Position numbers and translations under genes: made by a program. A DNA stretch of 64,000 nucleotides from Bacteroidota bacterium (GTDB lineage Bacteria; Bacteroidota; Bacteroidia; Bacteroidales; VadinHA17). Under the pieces are notes generated by a model. The model ran no database searches and had not been told where the DNA came from. It saw only the letters and a list, made by a program, of their open reading frames with translations. This document shows, one piece after another, positions 56,020-64,000 of this stretch (position 1 is the stretch's first letter; each line of letters begins with the position of its first letter). The stretch spans positions 1,629 to 65,628 of the forward strand of contig QKGI01000064.1 of the NCBI GenBank assembly GCA_003250475.1, in the 5' to 3' direction.

Positions 56020-56206
56020 TTGAAGCCGGCAGTAACTGTAACTCAAAGAGAGTATCCTCTCCCCGGACCGGTTTAACGGTGATGCGGCCGAAAAACTCAC
56101 CGGCACCTGTACTCCTGCAGGGACTCTTTTCAATCATTGCCACCATCGTGGTTTCTCCCCGGGCTTAAGTAGGATACCCTGCCTATGACCTCAGGTATGA
56201 GTGAAC

Positions 56207-56232
56207 AAAAACTGCCGCATCATGGGCGGCAG
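56207..56232 (-). terminator. Intrinsic terminator of the yqgE-like gene
   Basis: 'AAAAA CTGCCGC atcatgg GCGGCAG' on the plus strand, giving hairpin plus U-run on the minus strand 29 nt after the stop. Confidence 0.6.
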
Positions 56233-56260
56233 GCATATGGTTATTCTCATCTTCAACGGA

Positions 56261-56848
56261 TCAGTTCATATCCGGTGATTCGGGGAACTCAGCCCAGATG
56301 CGGTACTTGTTGTTGAGTGATCTCAGCACGTCACGCCACACATTGCCGCGGCTCTTCATTATCACATCGGCAGGCACCCTGGCTATGACCCATGAGTTCT
56401 CACCGAGCTCACGCTTGAGCTGACCCTTCTCCCACCCGGAATAGCCGAGGAAGAAGCGCACCTGGTCACGGCCTACAGTACCGGTGGCGATAAGATTGCG
56501 CAGTGCATCTATCTCCCCTCCCCACCATATGCCGGGCAGAACCGGCACGCTGCCGGGCACCCTGGTGCCCAGTGTATGGAGGTAATGCAACGTGTCAGGC
56601 GCTACCGGCCCGCCAACGGAGAGATGCTCATCCCAACCGTCAAAGCCCTCCACGGCACTGCTGACCATAAGATCGATGACACGGTTAAGGATAAAACCTA
56701 CTGTGCCATCCGCAGTATGTTCGGTGATAAAAACGATTGTACGGTTGAAAAAGCGGTCGGTCAGGAAAGGTTCCGAGATGAGGACCCTGCCCTTACCCGC
56801 TATCTTGTCCTCGGGATTGATGCTGAATATATCAGGATACTGGCCCAT
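56261..56848 (-). CDS. YqgE/AlgH-family (UPF0301) protein
   Basis: 'GRVLISEPFLTDRFFNRTIVFITEHTADGTVGFILN', 'GGPV', 'FFLGYSGW'. Confidence 0.75.
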   Translation of the reverse strand: MGQYPDIFSINPEDKIAGKGRVLISEPFLTDRFFNRTIVFITEHTADGTVGFILNRVIDLMVSSAVEGFDGWDEHLSVGGPVAPDTLHYLHTLGTRVPGSVPVLPGIWWGGEIDALRNLIATGTVGRDQVRFFLGYSGWEKGQLKRELGENSWVIARVPADVIMKSRGNVWRDVLRSLNNKYRIWAEFPESPDMN

Positions 56849-56950
56849 GTGACAATTGGTATGAAAAGACAAAATAATAACTTTTGACGTCAAAATCAAG
56901 AAAAATCATGGAAAATAGTAAATTGCACGTTCCAACTTTCAAACCCTTTC

Positions 56951-58462
56951 ATGTCCGTTAAGAAGACCCGAGTCCCCACAATGCTGCAATCGGTACTGCC
57001 ACTGGCGGTACTCATCCTGCTGCTCGCCCTCAATGTAAAATACTTTCGCGATGACACTCTCTCAGGCGCCAATCAGATAGCCCTGATCCTTGCTGCTGCC
57101 GTAGCAGGAGTCATTGCTATCTTCCTGGGCTTCAGGTGGACTTTCCTTCTCAAGAGAGTGACAAACACAATTATGACTGCCATGCCGGCTATGCTGATCC
57201 TGTTTCTCATAGGGTCACTGGCAGGCACCTGGATGGTCAGCGGTGTCATCCCGATGCTTATCTATTATGGCCTGGAGATACTCAGCCCGACGATCTTTCT
57301 CTTTGCCACGGTATTCATCTGTTCACTGGTCTCTGTTTCAACGGGAAGCTCCTGGTCGACTGTTGCCACCATAGGTGTTGCCCTGCTGGGCATAGGGACT
57401 ACACTGGGGTTCAACGAGGCCATGGTTGCCGGGGCTATTATCTCCGGCGCCTACTTCGGCGACAAGATGTCACCCCTCTCCGATACCACCAACCTTGCTC
57501 CTGCTGTTGCCGGCACCGACCTCTTCACCCATATAAGATATATGGTATTAACAACAGGACCGTCGTGGATCATTACCCTGGTTATCTTTCTTATCATCGG
57601 TTTTTCAGGTGACTACACCGATGCTGCAACAACAACCACAGCCGTACGGAGTGCAATACTGGCAAAGTTCAATATCAGTCCCATACTCCTCATTGTACCT
57701 GCCTTCCTGATTTTCATCATAGTAAGGAAGGTGCCGCCTCTGCCGGCGCTGCTGGCCGGAACGCTTCTCGGGGCTATCTGTGCTGTCATATTTCAGCCCG
57801 ACCTGCTCAGGGAGATTTCGGGCACAGGGGGCTCTTTTGTAAAACAGGCGTACATTGCAGTGACAAAGGCAATGTTCGGACCGGTTTCAGTGGCCACAGG
57901 AGACGCCTCCGTGGATGAGCTGCTGCGGACCAAAGGCATGGCCGGCATGCTTAATACCGTCTGGCTGATAATATGCGCTATGTTCTTCGGTGGAATGATG
58001 GAAGCGTCAGGTATGCTGAAGACTATCACAGAAAGGATGATGAAGTCAGTACGCAATGCAGGGACACTGGTCGGGTCAACGGTGGCTACCTGCCTCTTTT
58101 TCAATGTCACTGCCTCCGATCAGTACCTCTCAATAGTTATTCCCGGGAGGATGTATGCAAAGAAATTCCGTGACATGGGCTATAAACCCGAGCTTCTGAG
58201 CCGTACCCTTGAAGACTCAGGCACAGTCACCTCGGTGCTTGTACCGTGGAACACCTGCGGGGCTACACAATCGAGTGTACTGGGAGTATCAACATGGGCA
58301 TACGCTCCATATTGCTTCTTTAATATCATCAGTCCCCTCATGACGGTCTTTGTGGCAGCTGTAAAATTCAGGATAAGACGTTATACGCCTGAAGAGCTCG
58401 CCAGGGTTAAGGAGGAGGCCGACAGGGCTGACCGTGAGCTCTACAGCGAGGAGGAGTCGTGA
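56951..58462 (+). CDS. Na+/H+ antiporter, NhaC family
   Basis: 503 aa polytopic membrane protein. 'GSSWSTVATIGVAL' and 'SPLSDTTNLA' are NhaC-type motifs. Confidence 0.7.
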   Translation: MSVKKTRVPTMLQSVLPLAVLILLLALNVKYFRDDTLSGANQIALILAAAVAGVIAIFLGFRWTFLLKRVTNTIMTAMPAMLILFLIGSLAGTWMVSGVIPMLIYYGLEILSPTIFLFATVFICSLVSVSTGSSWSTVATIGVALLGIGTTLGFNEAMVAGAIISGAYFGDKMSPLSDTTNLAPAVAGTDLFTHIRYMVLTTGPSWIITLVIFLIIGFSGDYTDAATTTTAVRSAILAKFNISPILLIVPAFLIFIIVRKVPPLPALLAGTLLGAICAVIFQPDLLREISGTGGSFVKQAYIAVTKAMFGPVSVATGDASVDELLRTKGMAGMLNTVWLIICAMFFGGMMEASGMLKTITERMMKSVRNAGTLVGSTVATCLFFNVTASDQYLSIVIPGRMYAKKFRDMGYKPELLSRTLEDSGTVTSVLVPWNTCGATQSSVLGVSTWAYAPYCFFNIISPLMTVFVAAVKFRIRRYTPEELARVKEEADRADRELYSEEES

Positions 58463-58538
58463 ACACCTCCGGCTGAAGAACAAAGACGCCCGGCAATTGT
58501 TACATAATGGATATATCCGACAAAAAAAAATTTAAAAG

Positions 58539-58763
58539 ATGCTTGTGAAACTTCTTCTGATATCTGCAGTTCTTTTGGCCCTTGCCATGGCAGGACTTGC
58601 AATTACCATCCTCCTGAAACCAAAGGGACGTTTTCCAGATACCCATGTCGGACATAACAGGGAGATGCGGAAAAGAGGTATCACCTGTGCCCAGCATACA
58701 GATACCGGATGCAACCCGGTCGACGGGGCCGGATGCGCCGGCTGCGCCCTGATCGAAGATTAA
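58539..58763 (+). CDS. Small single-TM, four-Cys membrane protein (possible NqrM-like maturation factor)
   Basis: 74 aa: TM helix 'LLLISAVLLALAMAGLAITILL', then 'KPKGRFP...' and 4 Cys (C-x7-C-x7-C-x2-C). Convergent with and overlapping the apbE stop by 4 nt. Confidence 0.45.
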   Translation: MLVKLLLISAVLLALAMAGLAITILLKPKGRFPDTHVGHNREMRKRGITCAQHTDTGCNPVDGAGCAGCALIED

Positions 58764-59761
58764 TGCTTTTGTATCAGGCGTTTCATGCCTGGTGACACCC
58801 AGCTGTTCATGTCTCCAGTCTCATCAGAGTAGATGAGATAGCCTTCAAGGAAGTCGTTTCCCTCTATCAAGGAAATTGCGCTATCCGGGCCGGCAACCAT
58901 GCAGGCCGTAGCCCAGGCGTCGGCTACAGCTGCCTCCCGTGATATTATCGTTGCGCTGAGAAGCGTGTGCCTTACCGGGTAGCCAGTCCGGGGATCGATG
59001 GTATGAGAATACTTTATTCCATCCTCCACATAAAACTTCCTGTAGTTTCCGGAGGTGGCAAGAGAGCTGTTGTCTAGCCTGATCCTGGCCTGCAGGTCAG
59101 CCCCGGGAATATAGTTGCCGTCTGCAGGAGTGTCTATTCCCACAATCCATCCTTTGCCGTGTTTATCGCCCATTGTCCGTACCTCTCCTCCCACCTCAAC
59201 AAGAAACTCTCTGATTCCGGAACGTGCCAGCATGTCGGCAACAAGGTCAACGGTATACCCCTGGGCAACTGCGTTTACATCAATATACATGTTGGTGTCA
59301 GCCCTGACCAGCCTGTCACCTTCGAGATGCAATTTGTCCATCCCCACCAGGGCAAGCAACGAGTCGAGCATAGACTCATCAAACCTCTTCATGGCATCCG
59401 GACCAAAGCCCCAGGCCTCCACAAGAGGACCTATGGTAATATCAAAAAGCCCATGGCTCTGCCCGGAAACCATTGATGAGACCCTGAATACCTGGCGGAG
59501 AAGGCTGTCCGCAATATCGCTTCGGTTGCTGTTGATCTTCGATATTACCGAAGAATCATTATAAATGGACAGTGAATTGTCAATCTCTGCCAGCAGGGCT
59601 TCAGTCTGCTGCCTGAGAGCCATGATATCCACGCCCGGGGTCTTCTCTACCATTATGTGATAGGTTGTGCCCTGGGTAAGGCCGTTAATCGCCGGATACT
59701 CATGCCCGGAACAACCGGTTATGGCCAGGATGGCCGCCAATATTACGGGGAATCGGTTCAT
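58760..59761 (-). CDS. apbE: FAD:protein FMN transferase ApbE (lipoprotein)
   Basis: Start at 'MNRFPVILAAILAITGCSG'. 'GLFDITIGPLV', 'AVAQGYTVD', 'LATSGNY', 'HTIDPRTGYP'. The longer listed ORF only reads back into the repeat array. Confidence 0.85.
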   Translation of the reverse strand: MNRFPVILAAILAITGCSGHEYPAINGLTQGTTYHIMVEKTPGVDIMALRQQTEALLAEIDNSLSIYNDSSVISKINSNRSDIADSLLRQVFRVSSMVSGQSHGLFDITIGPLVEAWGFGPDAMKRFDESMLDSLLALVGMDKLHLEGDRLVRADTNMYIDVNAVAQGYTVDLVADMLARSGIREFLVEVGGEVRTMGDKHGKGWIVGIDTPADGNYIPGADLQARIRLDNSSLATSGNYRKFYVEDGIKYSHTIDPRTGYPVRHTLLSATIISREAAVADAWATACMVAGPDSAISLIEGNDFLEGYLIYSDETGDMNSWVSPGMKRLIQKH

Positions 59762-59771
59762 TATTTTTATT

Positions 59772-59930
59772 GTCTTGCGGTCTTGCGGTCTTGCAGTCTT
59801 GCAGTCTGTTTGCCAGCCCTGCAACCTGGCTCCTTCTCCGCCAGCCGGCGGATCGGCCCTGGTCTTGCGGTCTGTCGCCCCGCGGGGCGGGGCTCCGTCT
59901 GAGGTCTGAAGGTCTCAAGTCTGAAGGTCT
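59772..59930 (+). repeat. Mosaic GTC-unit array F (inside the nqr-apbE gene string)
   Basis: GTCTTGCG x2, GTCTTGCA x2, a 58-nt non-repeat insert (59804-59861), GTCTTGCG, core GTCTGTCGCCCCGCgggGCGGGGCTCC (59870-59896), then GTCTGAGG GTCTGAAG GTCTCAA GTCTGAAG. Confidence 0.9.
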
Positions 59931-59948
59931 ATAAGGACCTCCGGGAGA

Positions 59949-61202
59949 TTATCCTCCGAAGTCGTCAAACGCAATGTTCTCTGCAGGCACGCCCAGGTTG
60001 TCAAGCATGTTGAGCACGGCGGCATTCATCACCGGCGGACCGCAGAGATAGTACTCTATCTCCTCAGGCAGGTCGAGCTTGCCCAGGTAATGGTCAAGCA
60101 GCACCTGGTGTATGAATCCCTGGTAGCCGGTCCAGTTATCTTCCGGCAACGGTTCCGAGAGCGCTATATTAAAGGTGAAGTTCGGAAACTTCTTCTCCAG
60201 CTCCCTGAACTCATCTTCATAAAAGATCTCCCTCCTTGACCTGGCACCGTACCAGTATGATATCTTCCGGTTCGACTTCAGTGTCTTCAGCATGTGGAAT
60301 ATATGTGATCTCAGGGGAGCCATGCCGGCACCTCCGCCCACATAAACCATTTCATTCTCCGTATCCTTGATATGGAACTCTCCGTAAGGTCCGCTGATAA
60401 TCACCTTGTCTCCGGGTTTGCGGGAGAAGATATATGATGAGCTGATTCCCGGGGGCACGTTCAGCCATTTGTGGTTCTTGTCCATCGGCGGGGTGGCAAT
60501 CCTGATATTCAGGATTATCAGGTTCTTTTCCGCCGGGTAGTTAGCCATTGAATATGCTCTGAAGGTCTCCTCGGTATTCTTCGTCTTCAGGCTCCAGAGG
60601 TCATACTTGTCCCAGTCAGGACGGTATTCTTCCTCGACATCTATGTCATTACGGAAATCCACATCGTAGCGCGGTATATCTATCTGGATATATTCCCCGG
60701 ATCTGAAGTTCAGGTCCTCGCCCTCAGGCAGTTTAACCACGAACTCCTTGATAAATGTTGCCACATTCCTGTTGGACACTACTTCGCACTCCCATTTCTT
60801 TATGCCCAGTATTGCCTCCGGCACTTTTATGGTCATGTTCTCACGCACTTTGACCTGGCATCCCAGGCGCCAGTCTTCGTGTTGTTCGCGGCGGGTAAAA
60901 AAGCCTGTTTCGGTAGGAAGTATCGCTCCCCCGCCTTCCGTTATCTGGCATTTGCACAGTCCGCACGTACCACCCCCTCCGCAGGCAGACGGAAGGAAGA
61001 TACCGTTGTTTGAGAGTGTTGAGAGCAGGCTTGAGCCCGGCGAGACAACCATCTCGTTTTCATTGATAGTGAGTGTGACATCTCCCTGTGGTGTTAGCTT
61101 CTGCCTGGCATAGAGCAGCAGCACCACCAGCAGTATCATCACCAGCACAAATACTGCAATGCTTGCAAGAACGGTACCTGTAATTGATAAACCTAATATC
61201 AT
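59949..61202 (-). CDS. nqrF: Na+-translocating NADH:quinone oxidoreductase subunit F
   Basis: N-terminal TM helix, 2Fe-2S '[12 protein letters not shown]', FAD/NADH domain 'RAYSMANYP', 'GGGAGMAP'. Confidence 0.9.
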   Translation of the reverse strand: MILGLSITGTVLASIAVFVLVMILLVVLLLYARQKLTPQGDVTLTINENEMVVSPGSSLLSTLSNNGIFLPSACGGGGTCGLCKCQITEGGGAILPTETGFFTRREQHEDWRLGCQVKVRENMTIKVPEAILGIKKWECEVVSNRNVATFIKEFVVKLPEGEDLNFRSGEYIQIDIPRYDVDFRNDIDVEEEYRPDWDKYDLWSLKTKNTEETFRAYSMANYPAEKNLIILNIRIATPPMDKNHKWLNVPPGISSSYIFSRKPGDKVIISGPYGEFHIKDTENEMVYVGGGAGMAPLRSHIFHMLKTLKSNRKISYWYGARSRREIFYEDEFRELEKKFPNFTFNIALSEPLPEDNWTGYQGFIHQVLLDHYLGKLDLPEEIEYYLCGPPVMNAAVLNMLDNLGVPAENIAFDDFGG

Positions 61203-61313
61203 TTCTTTACGGATTTCTTCATGATAATTATTGACAGATATAGATTGATGAAATGCCCATTTTACCGGTGTATTGATAAATGCTGTTGTTTGTCCGGATA
61301 CATGGGTATCTCA

Positions 61314-61931
61314 TTATAGTTTTATGCCCAGGAAGCTCATGAAGGCTATTCCCATCAGTCCTGTCAGGATAAACGTGATCCCCAGTCCGCGCAGGGGTGC
61401 AGGGACGTTTGAATAGCGCATCTTCTCCCTGATGGCAGCAAGAGCCACGATAGCCATCAACCAGCCTATCCCTGAACCTAGTCCGAACACTGCGGCCTCG
61501 CCTATGTTGCTGTACTCTCTCTCCTGCATGAAGAGTGAAGCGCCGAGGATGGCGCAGTTCACTGCTATGAGCGGCAGAAAGATACCGAGTGAGTTATAAA
61601 GGGCAGGACTGAATTTCTCTATTACCATCTCAACCAGCTGAACGATTGAGGCGATGACGGCGATAAACATGATGAAAGAGAGGAAGCTCAGGTCAAGATC
61701 GGCGAAGCTGTCGCTCAGCCATACCAGTGCCCCCTTCTTAAGTATATATTGTTCAAGCAGGAAGTTGACAGGTACTGTTATCAGTAGCACAAAGACAACC
61801 GCTATCCCAAGTCCCATAGATGTTTTCACGGTCTTCGACACTGCCAGGTATGAGCACATACCCAGGAAGTATGCGAAGATCATGTTGTCGATGAAGATCG
61901 ACTTGACGAATATATTTAACAGGTGTTCCAT
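61314..61931 (-). CDS. nqrE: Na+-NQR subunit E
   Basis: 205 aa, 6 TM. '[18 protein letters not shown]', 'VNCAILG'. Confidence 0.9.
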   Translation of the reverse strand: MEHLLNIFVKSIFIDNMIFAYFLGMCSYLAVSKTVKTSMGLGIAVVFVLLITVPVNFLLEQYILKKGALVWLSDSFADLDLSFLSFIMFIAVIASIVQLVEMVIEKFSPALYNSLGIFLPLIAVNCAILGASLFMQEREYSNIGEAAVFGLGSGIGWLMAIVALAAIREKMRYSNVPAPLRGLGITFILTGLMGIAFMSFLGIKL

Positions 61932-61942
61932 GGTCTGCTGTG

Positions 61943-62596
61943 CTACTTGGTTTCAATAAGTGATTTGTTACGGCTTCTCTGAACCCATATTATAAGACCC
62001 ACCGTTATCAGGGCCATTGGTGGCAGTATCATCATGCCGTTATCCTCATATCCGAAGTTATATACCCCGAGCTTCTCCATCACAGGGAAACCCATTATGC
62101 TTCCGCTGCCAAGGAACTCGCGGAAGAAAGAGACAATTATCAGTATCAGGCCATAACCGCCCGCGTTACCCAGTCCGTCAAGAAATGAGGGCCATGGTTT
62201 ATTTGCCATCGCAAATGCTTCCAGGCGGCCCATCAGTATACAGTTTGTAATTATCAGCCCGACAAACACCGAAAGCTGCTTGCTTACATCAAAGGCGAAG
62301 GCCTTCAGAAACTGGTCGACGATGATAACCATGGTTGCAATAACGACCAGCTGCACGATGATCCTTATTCGTCCCGGTATCTTCTCCCTCAAAGCGGCAA
62401 TAACCACGTTTGATACTGCCAGCACCACCATCACCGAGATTGTCATGACAATGGCAGGCTTCATCTTTACCGTCACAGCGAGTGCAGAACATATCCCGAG
62501 CACCTGCACGGTGATCGGGTTATCCTGGCCGAGAGGATTCCTCAGCAGTTTTATATTCTTTGCCGACAACAGCGGCTCCTTCTCATTCTGTTCCAT
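61943..62596 (-). CDS. nqrD: Na+-NQR subunit D
   Basis: 217 aa. '[17 protein letters not shown]', '[12 protein letters not shown]'. Confidence 0.9.
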   Translation of the reverse strand: MEQNEKEPLLSAKNIKLLRNPLGQDNPITVQVLGICSALAVTVKMKPAIVMTISVMVVLAVSNVVIAALREKIPGRIRIIVQLVVIATMVIIVDQFLKAFAFDVSKQLSVFVGLIITNCILMGRLEAFAMANKPWPSFLDGLGNAGGYGLILIIVSFFREFLGSGSIMGFPVMEKLGVYNFGYEDNGMMILPPMALITVGLIIWVQRSRNKSLIETK

Positions 62597-62598
62597 AT

Positions 62599-63300
62599 CT
62601 ATCTCCTTTCTTCCTTAAAGTACTTGTCATATTTGACCAGGCAATCGTGCATCATGGCTTCAAGACCCTTGCTTGTTATTGTGCCACCGGATATGGCATC
62701 CACCTTGTGCGGGTCTGCCTTGTCAGCACCGCCCTTGACCACCTGTACCGATACAAATGATCCGTTATCGTAAAGGGTTTTACCCAGGAACTGGCTTTCA
62801 AAGCCGGTGGTGTTGATCTCGGCGCCCAGGCCCGGGGTCTCTCCCTTGTGGTCAAAAGTGACACCTGCGATGGTCTCAAGATCGGGCTTCAGTGCCACAT
62901 ATCCCCAGATGGGACCCCATAACCCTTTTCCCTCAACGGGCAGGATATGAAGGGTATCCCCCTGGTCTGCCACGGCAATGAAGACCGGCAGGTACTGTTC
63001 GGCCAGGGGCTTTTTCTGCTCTGCACGGAGTGAGACGGTGAAAGCATCGACACCCTCTATCACGGTACCCTCCGTATTGATGACATAGCTTTCCTTTATA
63101 TACTTGTCGTAAAGTTTTTCCGCATCAGCCTTGGCAGAGGTCACATTCATCGAAGAGAGGATATTCATCTTCTTCTCCACCTCTACATTCTTCTCCTGCC
63201 TCGGCTGTAGCAGCAGGGCCGTAAGTGAGAGGAGGATGGCGACGGAGACAACCATCACCACCGAGAAGACCATAATGTATTTGTTACTGAAATCTTTCAT
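62599..63300 (-). CDS. nqrC: Na+-NQR subunit C
   Basis: N-terminal TM anchor. FMN-attachment motif 'DAISGGTITS'. Confidence 0.8.
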   Translation of the reverse strand: MKDFSNKYIMVFSVVMVVSVAILLSLTALLLQPRQEKNVEVEKKMNILSSMNVTSAKADAEKLYDKYIKESYVINTEGTVIEGVDAFTVSLRAEQKKPLAEQYLPVFIAVADQGDTLHILPVEGKGLWGPIWGYVALKPDLETIAGVTFDHKGETPGLGAEINTTGFESQFLGKTLYDNGSFVSVQVVKGGADKADPHKVDAISGGTITSKGLEAMMHDCLVKYDKYFKEERR

Positions 63301-63311
63301 CTCGTGTGTTG

Positions 63312-64000
63312 TTAAGCTGTCCGTACTCGTTTTAACCTTCTTTTGATATTGGCATTAACCACATAGTGGTCTATCAGCGGGGCAAAGACGTTCATCAGCA
63401 GGATGGCAAGCATGGTGCCTTCCGGGTAAGCCGGGTTAAAGACCCTGATGATAACTACCATTATGCCTGTCAGGGCTCCGTAAATAAACTTACCTGTATT
63501 GGTCTGGGCTGCCGTGACAGGGTCAGTGGCCATAAAGACCATCCCGAAAGCAAAGCCGCCCATGATAAGATGATAGTAGGCAGGTATCTGTGTATATTCG
63601 CCGGTGCCTGCCACATTCAGCAACAGACCCATACCCAGTGCACCCAGTGTCATGCTGAGCATGATACGCCAGCTGCCGACACCGGTTACCAGAAGTATCA
63701 GGGCGCCGATAAGTATGGCAATGACCGAAGTCTCACCCACCGATCCAGGTATGGTACCTATGAACATATCCATCGCTGACGGCAGATGACCAATGCCGTC
63801 GAGCTTAGCCACGGCCAGCGGTGTGGCCCCTGAGAAGGCGTCGATACCTCCGCCGTTCATCAGACCTTCTATCCACACCTTGTCGCCCGTCATCCATCCG
63901 GGGTAACTGAAAAACAGGAATGCCCGCGCGGTAAGCGCAGGGTTGAGGATATTCATCCCCGTGCCTCCGAATATCTCCTTGCCTATTATAACGGCAAAGG
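63312..64000 (-). CDS. nqrB: Na+-NQR subunit B, C-terminal part (5' end outside window)
   Basis: The frame stays open upstream of the listed Met to the window edge ('...[22 protein letters not shown]'). FMN-attachment motif '[10 protein letters not shown]'. Confidence 0.85.
   Translation of the reverse strand, partial: FAVIIGKEIFGGTGMNILNPALTARAFLFFSYPGWMTGDKVWIEGLMNGGGIDAFSGATPLAVAKLDGIGHLPSAMDMFIGTIPGSVGETSVIAILIGALILLVTGVGSWRIMLSMTLGALGMGLLLNVAGTGEYTQIPAYYHLIMGGFAFGMVFMATDPVTAAQTNTGKFIYGALTGIMVVIIRVFNPAYPEGTMLAILLMNVFAPLIDHYVVNANIKRRLKRVRTA

Noticed and set aside
40638-59930. CRISPR interpretation of the arrays
   Set aside because: The period is 7-8 nt with no unique spacers and no 25-40 nt repeat unit. 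No cas genes or leader are in the window.

Overview
Bacteroidota-type chromosomal window: two SusC/SusD pairs, many lipoproteins with Cys lipoboxes, and a Na+-NQR operon. I read five blocks. (1) 1-11.06 kb, plus strand: a Sus-like locus with no recognisable glycoside hydrolase. It carries a GlpT-like antiporter, a secreted HAD hydrolase, a GDPD lipoprotein, a metallophosphoesterase, SusC/SusD and a BACON-like lipoprotein, so it looks like an organophosphate or teichoic-acid scavenging locus. (2) 11.1-17.2 kb: a visibly lower-GC island bounded by two identical 43-bp terminator hairpins. It contains gene remnants (SusD 3' fragment, redoxin-like fragment), a class-C-like serine hydrolase, a small secreted protein and a LytTR two-component system. 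(3) 17.3-38.1 kb: two unknown lipoproteins, then a 12-gene minus-strand amino-sugar/glycan PUL (SusC/D, fasciclin, NagB, TAT-exported heparinase II/III-like protein, two GH20-type enzymes, SASA esterase, SSS transporter, NagA, GH16-like protein, DUF5009) under a divergent LacI regulator with PurR/CcpA-like palindromic operators. (4) 38.4-49.0 kb: FadL-like OMP, an unknown secreted protein, then porin-pstSCAB-phoU-response regulator-histidine kinase. (5) 49.3-64.0 kb: selD-yedF, alpha/beta hydrolase, NUDIX fusion, HsdR_N protein, nucleosidase-like protein, holA, yqgE, nhaC, a small Cys-rich membrane protein, apbE and nqrFEDC(B). The most unusual signal is non-coding. Six intergenic arrays between 40.6 and 59.9 kb are built from head-to-tail 7-8 nt units that all start GTC (GTCTGAAG-type and GTCTTGCA-type). 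They are organised around small GC hairpins, including a 27-nt core conserved in three copies, and they almost fill their intergenic spaces. Two of these arrays, plus a perfect 31-bp inverted repeat that includes start codons, bracket the porin gene and a phased TGTAAC (Pho-box-like) array. The adjacent pstS lacks its signal peptide. I do not recognise this repeat family as described. All functional readings of it are inference.
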